DNA of 64,000 bases from an uncultured archaeon (lineage in GTDB: Archaea; Thermoplasmatota; Thermoplasmata; Thermoplasmatales; Thermoplasmataceae): positions 928,001 through 992,000 of the forward strand of contig CP009479.1 in the NCBI GenBank assembly GCA_000965745.1. Reading direction: 5' to 3'. A program made the translations under genes and the position numbers. Positions 19,558 through 30,088 of this stretch are shown here, piece by piece (within the stretch, counting starts at the first letter, position 1; every line of letters starts with the position of its first letter). The notes below the pieces were generated by a model. That model saw only the letters and a program-made list of their open reading frames with translations. It was not told the DNA's origin and made no database searches.

Positions 19558-20486
19558 AGCAGAGGTCCGATCATGATTGGAAGTAACGCGGTGGCATCAC
19601 CGTAAACATTCACGAATTCAGCATCACTTTTCATTTTTTTCCATGAAATAGCTTCTTCGAGCCTCGCGCCTGAGAGTGATCCGTCGTATTCCTGGGCGGT
19701 TGTAACATACACTGCATAGTCCAGGCCTCCTCTGAACTGGTTCCACCAGATTGTGTGGTGCTTTGATATTCCTCCCCCGATCATCAGTGCCCCGGTCTTC
19801 TTTGCCTCAAAAACAATATCAGATAGTTCATGTTCATCCTGGAGAAGGTTGACCTTGAAGTCCCGGTTTCTTTCATAGAATGACCAGAGTTGTGAACCGA
19901 AGGAACCGTCCGTCATTCCCGGAACATACACTGGAATGTTGTTCCTGGAGGCGTTATGGAGTATGGAATCATCATTGTCCAGCCTTGACCCGAATTCCTT
20001 AAGAAGTTCGGACCCTCCCCATTCTTTCTTTCTGCTGTAAAGCTCCTCAAGAATGGGCTGAACCTTGTTCTCTATGATCTCTCCATAGCTCTCGTCCGGA
20101 ACAAACACGTTACCAAGCCTGTTTATCCCGAGATCTCTGAGTTCCCGATCACTGTAGTCGAATGTTCCCGAGTAGTAATCGGTGAACGTTCTAGCTATAT
20201 CATGATCGAGTGTTCCGTTTGTGGTTATGATAACATCAACGAGTTTCTTCCTCACCATCTCATTGATTATGCCCCGGGTACCGGTGGCAATTATGTCGGC
20301 CGGAAACGATAGAAAGGTGGTATTGTCCTCCTCAAACATCTTCTTGATCACTGAATATGCCGAGAATATCTTGGCTGAGGTGAAACCGCCAGATTTTTCA
20401 AATGCATTCATCAGGTCCATGAGGGTTGTTGAACCGTTGACTTTCAAATCCTTTACCGGGGATGTAAGGAGCTCCTCCCTGTCCAT
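19554..20486 (-). CDS. dhs: deoxyhypusine synthase
   Basis: INRLGNVFVP, TDGSFG, GGGISKHH, YDGSLSGARLEEAISWKK, GDAT. Confidence 0.95.
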   Translation of the reverse strand: MDREELLTSPVKDLKVNGSTTLMDLMNAFEKSGGFTSAKIFSAYSVIKKMFEEDNTTFLSFPADIIATGTRGIINEMVRKKLVDVIITTNGTLDHDIARTFTDYYSGTFDYSDRELRDLGINRLGNVFVPDESYGEIIENKVQPILEELYSRKKEWGGSELLKEFGSRLDNDDSILHNASRNNIPVYVPGMTDGSFGSQLWSFYERNRDFKVNLLQDEHELSDIVFEAKKTGALMIGGGISKHHTIWWNQFRGGLDYAVYVTTAQEYDGSLSGARLEEAISWKKMKSDAEFVNVYGDATALLPIMIGPLL

Positions 20487-20611
20487 GCTTCCATGATGGT
20501 ATTTAAGCTAAAACAGTTGCGCACATTAGAAGGGATGCAGGACAAATGAGCATCAGACATTTCTGAAGGGACCTGATCAATTTATCAGTATCTTGTCCTT
20601 ATCTTCATGAA

Positions 20612-21163
20612 ATGATAGATCTAGGCAGGAATCCGGTTCTGGTGATAATAGATGTTCAAAAGGCATGGGACGGCCTGTTTCCTGGAAAATGGAGCAGTGA
20701 GGATGCAGTCTCAAATATATCAAAGCTCCTCGGGAAGTGGAGATCAGAGGGATGGAAAGTGATTCACGTGCGTCACGATTCAAGAAAGCCACAATCTATT
20801 ATCAAGGAAGGCAAGCCGGGCTTTGCCTTCAAGGATGAGGTTAAACCCATTGAGGGGGAGGCGGTAATAACCAAACACGTAAACAGTGCCTTTATAGGCA
20901 CGAATCTCGAAGAAATGCTGAGGAACGAGGGCCCCTCAACCGTGGTAATCTGCGGCCTGGTTACCGATCACTGCGTGAGTACGACTGCGAGGATGTCGGG
21001 CAATCTGGGGTTCAACACGGTAGTTCCCGGGGACGGGTGTGCAACCTACCCAAAGAAGACGCCACAAGGCAGGGAGATTGACGCACTCACTGTGCACGAA
21101 GTCAACCTTGCATCCATCAACGGGGAGTTTGCGAATGTTGTGCCTGTTTCAGATCTGCTCTGA
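20612..21163 (+). CDS. isochorismatase-family cysteine hydrolase
   Basis: IIDVQ, KHVNSAFIGT, GLVTDHCVSTTAR (Asp-Lys-Cys triad). Confidence 0.9.
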   Translation: MIDLGRNPVLVIIDVQKAWDGLFPGKWSSEDAVSNISKLLGKWRSEGWKVIHVRHDSRKPQSIIKEGKPGFAFKDEVKPIEGEAVITKHVNSAFIGTNLEEMLRNEGPSTVVICGLVTDHCVSTTARMSGNLGFNTVVPGDGCATYPKKTPQGREIDALTVHEVNLASINGEFANVVPVSDLL

Positions 21164-21166
21164 TTG

Positions 21167-22081
21167 TCAGTCAGGCTTCCTTTCATCGAACCCGGGGAAT
21201 CTTTCGGGAGTCCAGCTCCCATCCCTCTCCCTGACATATCCGGTGTCATAATTCTTCTGGAAATCATCTGCACCCATTAACTCATCAGCCTGTATAATGG
21301 CGCTCCATGCCTGCCCTCTCATGAAGACTTCCCGATGGTCAGGGTACAGGACAGTGTCTTTGGCGTTCATAGTGGTATCCGGCCACACTTCTATGTCTAG
21401 AATCTTCATGTCATCATCAGCATCCGCGATGAACTGGGAAAAATTGTCTGGCCCTACAGGTTTTGAAATCATGTCGCCCTTCTTGACAGCGACATGGCGC
21501 CTGCCGTATCTGAGTGAGCCTTTTCCCTCCAGGACCAGATAATGCTCTTCTACAGCAGAATGGCTGTGCAGCCGTGAGTAGGAACTGCCCTTCTTTATCC
21601 TGTATGTTCTCATAAAGGATTTCGCAGAGCCCAGGGCGGGCATAAAGAAAGTTGTAACGGAATCGTGGTGATCTTGTGTCATGCTTTCCATTAGGGGTCC
21701 GCCCTCAGATTCAACGTTTACCACTGGCGCCTTCCAGAGATTTTGACCAGCATCTCTCAGATCTGTGCCTTCATTCGGGGCATTTACTGCGAACACCTCG
21801 TCCGACCACATGGAACATATTCTGGTCATCAATTCCTTTGCAGATTCGGTGAGCAGAGGGGTTATAATATAGGTCACTTCTTCCGCACCCTTTCTCATGA
21901 AACCAAGCCTGTCAGATAACTCCCACCAGAGCCAGTGTGTGAACTTTGTAAGCCCCTTCCTCTCAGAGAAGGAAACATCACCCATTTTTTCAGGAAGATA
22001 GAGTTTCCAGGCAACGTCTGCCCTTACAGCATTTTCTGGCCTGACCTTTTTGTCAGGGTCTATCAGAATAACGATTGACAT
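21167..22081 (-). CDS. cupin-domain protein with an unknown N-terminal domain
   Basis: LHSHSAVEEHYLVLEGKG cupin motif 1; start placed at MSIVIL (22081). Confidence 0.7.
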   Translation of the reverse strand: MSIVILIDPDKKVRPENAVRADVAWKLYLPEKMGDVSFSERKGLTKFTHWLWWELSDRLGFMRKGAEEVTYIITPLLTESAKELMTRICSMWSDEVFAVNAPNEGTDLRDAGQNLWKAPVVNVESEGGPLMESMTQDHHDSVTTFFMPALGSAKSFMRTYRIKKGSSYSRLHSHSAVEEHYLVLEGKGSLRYGRRHVAVKKGDMISKPVGPDNFSQFIADADDDMKILDIEVWPDTTMNAKDTVLYPDHREVFMRGQAWSAIIQADELMGADDFQKNYDTGYVRERDGSWTPERFPGFDERKPD

Positions 22082-22189
22082 TTCTAATCTATTCTGAGAC
22101 GCAGGATGTGAATAAATGAATTCCCATGTCCGGATGGAAGGTGTGCTATCCATTGTCAAACCTTTTTAACATGGCTGCAATTCAAGTCC

Positions 22190-23350
22190 ATGAAGAGTGC
22201 AGGAACCTCTACAGACTTTGATCCTTGGGGCGTAGCCACCAGGATTCATGAACTCAGCGAGATAGGTAGCCAGGAGTTCGAATCAGCCAACCTACTCAAG
22301 GAGGTACTTAGATCAAACGGATTCACCATAACCGAGAATTTTATGGGCATACCAACCGCATTCAGGGCGGAGAAGTTAGTTGGAAAGGGATCACACACAA
22401 TAGCGTTCCTTGCAGAATACGACGCACTTCCCGGAATAGGGCATGCATGTGGCCATAACCTGATCGCATCTTCCGCCGTTTTTTCTGCGATCAGGGCGTC
22501 GCAGAAGATCTCGGACGGTAGGATAGTTGTTTATGGCACACCGGACGAAGAAGGAACCGGCGAGTGGTCTGGCTCAAAGATCATCATGGCCGACAAGGGC
22601 GCGTTCAAGGACGTGGATCTGGTGCTCGGATCTCATCCCGGTGATGAATGGAGCGTGGGAAAACAATCCCTTGCCGTTCAGGATTTTGAGATAACCTTCA
22701 AGGGGACGGCATCGCATGAGGCTGCAAATCCAGAGCTTGGGAGAAGCGCACTTGATGCTTCCATACTCACCTACACAGCTGTTAACATGATGAGGCAGCA
22801 CGTCAGGAGGAATGCAAACTTCGTCATGCACGGAATAATCAAGGAAGGAGGAACCGCATCCAACGTTACACCTGAAAGATCCGTCCTGGTGTACGGCATC
22901 AGATCGTCAGATGTGGCCTACCATGGTGAGCTTGTGGCAAGATTCAGGGACATTATAGACGGATGCGCCAAGGCAACGGGGACAACGTACCAGATCAAGA
23001 ATATTGGCCCGCTGTTTTCAACTACAAAGATCAACCCAACCCTGTCAAACCAGATCAGGGAATTCCTGCTTGGCAGAGGAGTCGAATGTCTGCCTCTTGA
23101 AGAAACTGCATCAAGGCTGCCTGGTGGGTCCACCGATTTCGCAAACGTATCCCAGGTCGCACCCGCCCTTGAAGTGGAATTCCAGATTGCACCAGCAGGA
23201 ACGCCGTGGCACTCTAGAGAATCACTGGAAGCCGCAAAGACGGATCGCGCGAGAAAGGCACTTGAGATAATGATAGAAGTTCTCAGCGACACAGCAGAAA
23301 AATACACTGAAGACAGCGAGTTCAGGAAAAAAATTAAGAAAGATTTCTGA
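22190..23350 (+). CDS. M20 family amidohydrolase (AbgB/PM20D2-like)
   Basis: AEYDALPGIGHACGHN, GTPDEEG, GSTDFANVS, WHS. Confidence 0.9.
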   Translation: MKSAGTSTDFDPWGVATRIHELSEIGSQEFESANLLKEVLRSNGFTITENFMGIPTAFRAEKLVGKGSHTIAFLAEYDALPGIGHACGHNLIASSAVFSAIRASQKISDGRIVVYGTPDEEGTGEWSGSKIIMADKGAFKDVDLVLGSHPGDEWSVGKQSLAVQDFEITFKGTASHEAANPELGRSALDASILTYTAVNMMRQHVRRNANFVMHGIIKEGGTASNVTPERSVLVYGIRSSDVAYHGELVARFRDIIDGCAKATGTTYQIKNIGPLFSTTKINPTLSNQIREFLLGRGVECLPLEETASRLPGGSTDFANVSQVAPALEVEFQIAPAGTPWHSRESLEAAKTDRARKALEIMIEVLSDTAEKYTEDSEFRKKIKKDF

Positions 23351-23380
23351 AAAGTGAGGAGTCCTCCGACTCTTATTTTT
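23351..23380. terminator. hairpin between convergent genes, probable terminator
   Basis: GAGTC-ctcc-GACTC flanked by A-run and T-run. Confidence 0.4.
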
Positions 23381-23390
23381 CATATTTGGG

Positions 23391-24344
23391 CTAATACAGG
23401 TGACAAGCTACGTAGTGATCCTTCTTGACCTCTTTAAGTCCAGGGTCCTCTGTTGCACATTTTTCCATTGCAAACATGCATCTGTCCCTGAATTTGCATC
23501 CCGAGATGCTGGAGCTGGAAGTCTGGATATTGCCCTTTATCTCCACCTCCTTCTCCTCAATCTTCCCAAGTTTGGGCACGGACTGCACCAGGGCCTTAGT
23601 GTAAGGATGCATGGCATCATTCACAACGTCGTCCGCATTCCCGTATTCCACGATCCTGCCGAGATAGAGAACGTTTATTTTCCTGCTCAGGTAATACGCT
23701 ATCGAAATATCATGGGATATCAGGATCATCGAGATCCCGCGCTCTCTCTGTATCTCTGCAATCAGGTCTAGGAACGATACCCTCATTGAGGCGTCAAGCA
23801 TTGAGACAGGCTCGTCCGCCACGACAAATGATGGATTCACAACAAAGGACCTGGCGATGGAAACCCTCTGCCTTTGGCCACCACTGAGTTCGTGGGGGTA
23901 CCGGTTCATGTAGTCTTCCGGAGGCGTAAGGCCGACTTTTCTCAGTATATCCGTGATCCGCTCCCTGTCGAATTCAACATGATTGAGCTTCAGTGGCTCC
24001 TCTATAATCTTCTTTACAGTGAATCTTGGATTCAGGGACCCATACGGGTCCTGGAAGATTATCTGTACTTTCTTTCTCAGGTCCCTTACCTTATCCCTGG
24101 AGGAATTGAACATGTCGATGCCGTTTACGGTGACTCTTCCTTCTGTAGGCTCAACAAGCCCGGCCACTATTCTTCCCAATGTCGATTTGCCGCTGCCTGT
24201 TTCACCCACGATTGAGTGTATTTCGCCCTCAGGCACGAGGAGGTTTACCCCATCAAGCGCCTTTATGTAAGAACTCCTCGAAGCGACCCTTCCCCTGGGC
24301 TTGTAGTGTTTCTTCAGGTTCTCGATCTTAAGAACTTCCTGCAT
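23391..24344 (-). CDS. dppF: oligopeptide/dipeptide ABC transporter ATPase (DppF/OppF)
   Basis: GETGSGKST, FQDPYGSLNPR, YPHELSGGQRQR, HPYT, C-terminal Cys cluster with VACHLY; ATG at 24344 after GGAGGT. Confidence 0.9.
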   Translation of the reverse strand: MQEVLKIENLKKHYKPRGRVASRSSYIKALDGVNLLVPEGEIHSIVGETGSGKSTLGRIVAGLVEPTEGRVTVNGIDMFNSSRDKVRDLRKKVQIIFQDPYGSLNPRFTVKKIIEEPLKLNHVEFDRERITDILRKVGLTPPEDYMNRYPHELSGGQRQRVSIARSFVVNPSFVVADEPVSMLDASMRVSFLDLIAEIQRERGISMILISHDISIAYYLSRKINVLYLGRIVEYGNADDVVNDAMHPYTKALVQSVPKLGKIEEKEVEIKGNIQTSSSSISGCKFRDRCMFAMEKCATEDPGLKEVKKDHYVACHLY

Positions 24345-25296
24345 TTTTACCCTCCCCATATTTCACGCAATAGACCAGGTGCCCCTGCCCAGCTTCAACC
24401 GGTTTATAGCTGTAGGTTTCACAGCCTTCTCCTGCGAATGTGCAGCGTGGCCTGAATCTGCACCCTTCTGGCGGATCCCTTATGTTCACTGGCTCACCGG
24501 GGATTGCCTCAAGCCTCCTACCGGGTGTCATGGTTGGAACAGAATTTATGAGCCCCCTCGTGTAAGGGTGGCCGGGTTCCTCGAGAATTTTCCTGTTCGA
24601 TCCGACTTCTGAGACTTTTCCTCCATAGAGAATCATTATGCGGTCGGCCATCTCGGAGACAAGGGGAAAATCGTGGCTTATGAAAATCACGGTTATATCC
24701 ATCTCTCTTTGCAGCCTTCTCAGTATGTTCATTATCTGGACCTGGGTAATGACATCAAGGGCAGTGGATGGCTCATCCGCTATTATTGTGCCTGGATTCA
24801 TCACTATGGCTGTGGCTATAACTGCCCTCTGCTTCATGCCACCACTGAGTTCATGTGGGTACTTCTTCCACGTATACGAATCGAGCCCTATGATCTCCAG
24901 TGTTTCCCTCGCCCTTCGAAGTGCCTCTTCCCTCTTTGCCTCTCTGTGGATGAGAAGAGGCTCTGCAACCTGGTCCTCAATTTTCATCAGGGGGTTCAGT
25001 GTGTTCATAGCCCCCTGAAAAACAAGGGAAATTTTCTTCCCCCTGATCTTTCTGGCTTCTTCCGGTTTGAGCCCAATGATCTCTTTCCCGTCCACTTCGA
25101 TGCTCCCAGCCTCGATCAAGCTGTTTCTTGGAAGGAGCCCCATTATTGTCATTGCCATGGTACTTTTGCCGCTTCCAGACTCCCCCACTATGCCGAATAT
25201 TTCCCCGTTTCCTATCTCGGCATTCACGGAATCCAGCGCCCTGACTTTTCCTGTTCTTGACTTATAGCTGACTGTCAAATCTTTTATCTTAATCAT
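24328..25296 (-). CDS. dppD: oligopeptide/dipeptide ABC transporter ATPase (DppD/OppD)
   Basis: GESGSGKST, YPHELSGGMKQR, GCRFRPRC. Confidence 0.9.
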   Translation of the reverse strand: MIKIKDLTVSYKSRTGKVRALDSVNAEIGNGEIFGIVGESGSGKSTMAMTIMGLLPRNSLIEAGSIEVDGKEIIGLKPEEARKIRGKKISLVFQGAMNTLNPLMKIEDQVAEPLLIHREAKREEALRRARETLEIIGLDSYTWKKYPHELSGGMKQRAVIATAIVMNPGTIIADEPSTALDVITQVQIMNILRRLQREMDITVIFISHDFPLVSEMADRIMILYGGKVSEVGSNRKILEEPGHPYTRGLINSVPTMTPGRRLEAIPGEPVNIRDPPEGCRFRPRCTFAGEGCETYSYKPVEAGQGHLVYCVKYGEGKNAGSS

Positions 25297-25303
25297 TTAA
25301 CCA

Positions 25304-26158
25304 CTAACCTTTGATGGTCCTGAGCCTTGGATTCATGATTTCCTCCAGCGCATATCCCATCAGAATAAACCCGAATATCAGCACGAATATGAAAATGCCA
25401 GGCGGAAGGACATATAACATGTCACCGGACGATAGTGCACCAGTGGTGTAGGCCTGCCTTATGATCTCCCCCCAGCTGATGGAAGTAACATTCCCTACAC
25501 CAAGGAAAACTAATGCTGCCTGGGTAAAGATTGCAGCAGATATTGCAAGCATTGCATTGCCGTACAGGACTGAGGTGACGTTCGGGAATATATGCCTGAA
25601 CATAATGTAGGTGTTTCCCGCATTATTTGCCTTTGCAGATTCCACAAAAGGCCATTCACGTATTGAAAGCACCATTGACCTTATGATCCTGGCAGTGGGG
25701 GCCCAGCTAAGCAACCCAATTACCATGATGATGTTTATGAGGCTCGGCCCCAGGAGCGCGGCTACAATTATCATGAACACTATTGCAGGTATCACTATGA
25801 AGAAATCAACGACTCTCATTATGATCTCGTCAATCAATCCACCCATGTATCCGCTGACAAGGCCTGCTACCAGCCCAATCGCAACAGCAACAGCTCCGGC
25901 CGCGATCCCCACTATCAGCGATATCTGTGCACCATAGACGTCCCTTGAAAACAGGTCCTGCCCGAGTGTATTGGTCCCGAAAATATGTACGGAACTGGAC
26001 GGCGCAAGGAATAATGAAGGGTTCGTTGCGTTCGGGTCATATGGGCTTATCAGAGGTGCCAGCAGCGCCATCATCGCAAAAAATCCCACTATGATGAGCC
26101 CTGCTACGCCTTTCCTGTTCGATTTGAATTCTTTCCAGAAACTGAAATCATCGTTCAT
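25304..26158 (-). CDS. dppC: oligopeptide/dipeptide ABC transporter permease (DppC/OppC)
   Basis: HIFGTNTLGQDLFSR, EAA-loop-like FVESAKANNA, RHIFPN. Confidence 0.9.
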   Translation of the reverse strand: MNDDFSFWKEFKSNRKGVAGLIIVGFFAMMALLAPLISPYDPNATNPSLFLAPSSSVHIFGTNTLGQDLFSRDVYGAQISLIVGIAAGAVAVAIGLVAGLVSGYMGGLIDEIIMRVVDFFIVIPAIVFMIIVAALLGPSLINIIMVIGLLSWAPTARIIRSMVLSIREWPFVESAKANNAGNTYIMFRHIFPNVTSVLYGNAMLAISAAIFTQAALVFLGVGNVTSISWGEIIRQAYTTGALSSGDMLYVLPPGIFIFVLIFGFILMGYALEEIMNPRLRTIKG

Positions 26159-27129
26159 TGGTATCTTATCCTAGGATCCAGGTAGCTGTACAGTATGTCA
26201 GCTACTATGTTTGCAAGCACAATGACTACCGCAACTATCACGAATGCGGCCTGAAGAACGGGATAGTCCCTGGCATTCACTGCATTGAATATGAGAAAAC
26301 CAATGCCTGGCCAGGAGAAAACCACTTCAGTGAGTATTGCTCCCCCAACACTGAGGCCCAGGTTCACGGCTATGACCGATATCATTGGAAGCTCGGCGTT
26401 GGGCACAGCGTGCCTTGCCAGAAGGTAGTTGTCGGATGCGCCCTTGCTCTTTGCAAAATTTATGTAATCCTCTTCCAGTACGTCTATCAGTGAATTTCTC
26501 ATTATAATAGTAAACTGGCCAAAGAGCACAAGTGTCAGTGTGGTAAGCGGCAGTATCATGTGATTGAGCAGGTCTGCAAGCTGTGCCGCAAAGGACGGGA
26601 AGGAAGCACCCGTTGTGTACATGCCTGAAACGGGGAGGGACCTTGTGTAGATCGCCAGTAGAATGAACATTCCGCCAAGCCAGAATGTAGGTATGGAGTA
26701 GAGTGCCATTGAGCCTCCTGTTATTGCGCCATCAAGGGTTGTGCCTCTCCTCCACGCTGCGATCTTTCCCGTTATTATCCCGAGGAATATTGCAATTATT
26801 GTAGCCGGAATAAGCAGGATAAGGCTGTTCAAAAGGGCTGGGAAAAGCACCGATGATACGGACTGGTGATAGTAGATTGATATCCCGAAATTTCCCGAGA
26901 ATGTGTTCTTGATGAATAGAAGGTACTGCTGCCACATGGGCAGGTTCAGGCCGAACTGCTGCTCAAGAGAGGCGATCTGGGAAGGGCTCAGTGCAGGGCT
27001 TCTGTATAGTATCTGTATAGGGTTTCCGGGCATTAACCTGAATAGAAAAAAATCAAAAGTAAAAATGATAAAAATGGAAATGGCGGCAAAAATTATTCTT
27101 TTAGAAATATATTTTTGGAAGCCGCTCAT
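26155..27129 (-). CDS. dppB: oligopeptide/dipeptide ABC transporter permease (DppB/OppB)
   Basis: RLMPGNP, EDYINFAKSKG, EVVFSWPGIG, LDPRIRY. Confidence 0.9.
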   Translation of the reverse strand: MSGFQKYISKRIIFAAISIFIIFTFDFFLFRLMPGNPIQILYRSPALSPSQIASLEQQFGLNLPMWQQYLLFIKNTFSGNFGISIYYHQSVSSVLFPALLNSLILLIPATIIAIFLGIITGKIAAWRRGTTLDGAITGGSMALYSIPTFWLGGMFILLAIYTRSLPVSGMYTTGASFPSFAAQLADLLNHMILPLTTLTLVLFGQFTIIMRNSLIDVLEEDYINFAKSKGASDNYLLARHAVPNAELPMISVIAVNLGLSVGGAILTEVVFSWPGIGFLIFNAVNARDYPVLQAAFVIVAVVIVLANIVADILYSYLDPRIRYQ

Positions 27130-28925
27130 TTATCGCGACCCCTAACTCTTACTGCAGCTACCACACCAACTATTATGAGGATGGCAGCACCTATTCCATA
27201 CAGAACGTAGTTGTTGCTTCCCGCAGGAGTCGAGTTTGCATTTGCCGGCTCAACCTGTATGAATGTCAGGTAGTCCATTCCTCCAAAGGGACCTCCAGGG
27301 AAAGACGAGTTGATGTTCGTGTATGCGGTAGACCATACATTTATCGAAGTCGGTGCTACAAGCGAGAGATACGGCAGCTGGTTGTAGAGCATCTGCTGCA
27401 TCTGGTTAGAGATGTTTTTTGCCTCGGCAGGTGTGGATGCGTTCAGGAGCTGGGTCCACAGACTGTCATAAGTCGAATTTGTAAATCCGCTGTCTGATGT
27501 TCCTGTGACAACCTGGCCCGAAAGGAACACGCTCAGAAGCTGGGGTGCAGCCTGAACATTGTCAAACCAGTCCCAGAGATCTATATCCTGCCCCAGGGTC
27601 CCATTGCTGGACCATATTGTAGCGGCCATGCTTCCGGTAGTCTCGGCCTGGACTGTGATCTTTACCCCTATCGATGAGAGGTTGGATGCAACCAGCTGCG
27701 CAAGGTTAACCGCTTCAGTATCGCCGCTTGGCACGAGCAGTGTGTAGGCAAGCTTTGCTCCCGTGGAATTCTCCCTTACTCCGTTGACGGTCTTGTTGAA
27801 ACCGGCCTGGTCAAGCATCTGTTTTGCCAGAGACACATTGTAGCTGTAAGGCTGCAGGTTGTGGTCGTAATACTGGTTTGTTGGTGCGAGCACTGATGCT
27901 AGTGTGTTTGCATATCCATGGTACACCGTGTCCGCCAGGTATGTCATGTTGAGGGCGTGAGCTATGGCCTGCCTCACCGTGAGATTGTGGAGTGTCGGAT
28001 TTCCCGTTCCATTGGGGTCAACGTTGAATGCCAGATACATGTATTCCAGGCTTGGGCTCTGTGTGACCTTGTAGTTGCTGTTGTTCTGGAACTGGCCTAT
28101 GTTGGCAGGCAGAATCCTTGAGAGCCCCTGCACTGCACCGCTCTGAAGTGCGGAAATTGCCGAACTCTGGCTGCCGAACTCCTGGAATATCACTGTGCTG
28201 ATCTTTGGCTGTTGCGAGGGTATGAACCATTTCGGGTTTTTCTCGAGTTTGGCATACTGGTTTACTACATATTTAGTGAGAACGAAGGGACCGTCTCCAA
28301 CAAAGTATGTTGTGCCGTTTGAATTGTAACCCGGGTATGTAGCAGGATCCACATTTTTCCATATGTGGTATGGAACAATGTAAACATAGGCGGCAAACAT
28401 TTCCCAGAGAACTCCGTTGAAGGCAATCATAACCTGGTGTGGCCCTAGTGCTGTTACATTCGTCACTGCGGCTGTATACTCTGATATGAACGTGTAGTTC
28501 CGCTTGGCTATGTTGTAAGTGTACACAACATCCTGTGAGGTGACATTAACTCCGTCTGACCATACTGCATTCGGGTTCAGGTTGAATATTGCAGTGTGGT
28601 TTGAGTAATTGATAGTCCATGAGCTTGCCAGCGCGGGCTGAATCGTATGGTTGGCAGGATCAAAATTCACTAGCGGAAGAAGCTGGTTGGAATTGATCCA
28701 TGATGTCAGTTGCGAATAGGACGTGAACGGATTCAACGTGTCAATGTACGTTCCAAACCATCCGGTTGTAAAGGTCTGATTCCCGCTGGAGGCAGCTGCC
28801 GGCTGGGCAACACCACCTCCCGACTGTACGATGGCCTGCCCACCCGACCCCAGAAGGATCAGGGCTGATATTACTATCGCAGAGACAATCGCGAGTCGGG
28901 TTGAATATCTATGATTTTTCATCAT
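27126..28925 (-). CDS. dppA: peptide/nickel ABC transporter substrate-binding protein (family 5)
   Basis: signal peptide, PALASSW, WSDG, VGDGPF, VRQAIAHA; C-terminal TM anchor; many N-glycosylation sequons. Confidence 0.88.
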   Translation of the reverse strand: MMKNHRYSTRLAIVSAIVISALILLGSGGQAIVQSGGGVAQPAAASSGNQTFTTGWFGTYIDTLNPFTSYSQLTSWINSNQLLPLVNFDPANHTIQPALASSWTINYSNHTAIFNLNPNAVWSDGVNVTSQDVVYTYNIAKRNYTFISEYTAAVTNVTALGPHQVMIAFNGVLWEMFAAYVYIVPYHIWKNVDPATYPGYNSNGTTYFVGDGPFVLTKYVVNQYAKLEKNPKWFIPSQQPKISTVIFQEFGSQSSAISALQSGAVQGLSRILPANIGQFQNNSNYKVTQSPSLEYMYLAFNVDPNGTGNPTLHNLTVRQAIAHALNMTYLADTVYHGYANTLASVLAPTNQYYDHNLQPYSYNVSLAKQMLDQAGFNKTVNGVRENSTGAKLAYTLLVPSGDTEAVNLAQLVASNLSSIGVKITVQAETTGSMAATIWSSNGTLGQDIDLWDWFDNVQAAPQLLSVFLSGQVVTGTSDSGFTNSTYDSLWTQLLNASTPAEAKNISNQMQQMLYNQLPYLSLVAPTSINVWSTAYTNINSSFPGGPFGGMDYLTFIQVEPANANSTPAGSNNYVLYGIGAAILIIVGVVAAVRVRGRDK

Positions 28926-28979
28926 AAGGAGCACAATTAAGGGGTCATATTTATAAGTATCGACTATCGTATAATTGAG

Positions 28980-29090
28980 ACGAATTTCGTATGGCTATAG
29001 CTAGAAAAACAGAATACAACGAATTTGCAGAAGGACAGCTATGATTATCGAAATCGTCTATGGACAAAATTTCTATGTATGAATTTCATA
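28980..29090. promoter_or_regulatory. array of related palindromes upstream of dppA
   Basis: ACGAATTTCGT (28980-28990), TATGAATTTCATA (29078-29090), partial copies near 29019 and 29064. Confidence 0.45.
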
Positions 29091-29198
29091 GTCAGAGTGC
29101 TAGATTGTGTTATGCATAAATAGATTCCGGTCGGCTTTACGTCATTTTCGTTTATGGTTTATTGAAATGGCAAAGTAACATCAGAAAATTGCCTGTAA

Positions 29199-29990
29199 TC
29201 AGTTTTTTCTTGCAATGAATAACTCAGAAAGGTATTGTTTTGTTATGCTCCCCCCATATTCTGAGTCTATTGTCCGGGCTATGCATTCAAGGAGCCCGTC
29301 TCTGTTTCTTCTGTTCATAGTGATGATGTCTGAGTAGGTCATAAGCAATGACACGTAATCAATTGAGGTATAGGTCTCCCGCCATCTGTAGGTCTCTGAA
29401 TACCATGTTCCGAAGCAACTGGAAAGATCGTCTTCCCATTTTCTGAGCTCAACTTCTGACTCCTCCGGGAGGTGGTATTCTTCGGTTGTTCCCGGATCCC
29501 ATCTACTGTAGCATTTCTGAGAATCCCTGAAAAAGTCGGAAGTGCCTCCATTAATATGGTGTGTGCTGATTATTGCAAGAAACCCTTGGTCTTTAATGGC
29601 GGACCCGGTCCGCTGGAACCTTGTGGCGGGATTCAGCCAGTGGAATGAAGTTGCTGCTATGATGAGATCGTAGTAACCCTCAGGCAAAGGATATTCATCA
29701 AAATCTGAGGTGACTATCTCCACTTTCTCATGACCCTTCAGGTTCGATTGTGCTATCCTCGCAAGATTTCCTCCAAGCTCCACACCTACGAGGCTAAATC
29801 CGAGCTTGGCAAGTTGAAGGGTCAGCTGGCCTGTTCCGGGACCCACTTCTAGGATCCTGCTGTTTTCGTCCAGCCCAGTTTTGGCTACGAGGTCTTTAAT
29901 CAGCCACTCAGGGTATTTCGGCCTTGAAGCATCATAACGCTCAGCTGCAAGGTCAAAGGACTTTCTCCTCAAATCAGTCTCTTCATCCAT
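29199..29990 (-). CDS. class I SAM-dependent methyltransferase
   Basis: SFDLAAERYDASRPKYP, LEVGPGTGQLT, AATSFHWL; start placed at MDEETD (29990). Confidence 0.85.
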   Translation of the reverse strand: MDEETDLRRKSFDLAAERYDASRPKYPEWLIKDLVAKTGLDENSRILEVGPGTGQLTLQLAKLGFSLVGVELGGNLARIAQSNLKGHEKVEIVTSDFDEYPLPEGYYDLIIAATSFHWLNPATRFQRTGSAIKDQGFLAIISTHHINGGTSDFFRDSQKCYSRWDPGTTEEYHLPEESEVELRKWEDDLSSCFGTWYSETYRWRETYTSIDYVSLLMTYSDIITMNRRNRDGLLECIARTIDSEYGGSITKQYLSELFIARKN

Positions 29991-30088
29991 TCTCGCCAGC
30001 ATTCGATACCGTACTTGCGAATAAAATTTGGCGGAGGTGTCCAGCCTCATGAAAAACGAATTAAGCATAGCTTGTATTCCCAACCCGG

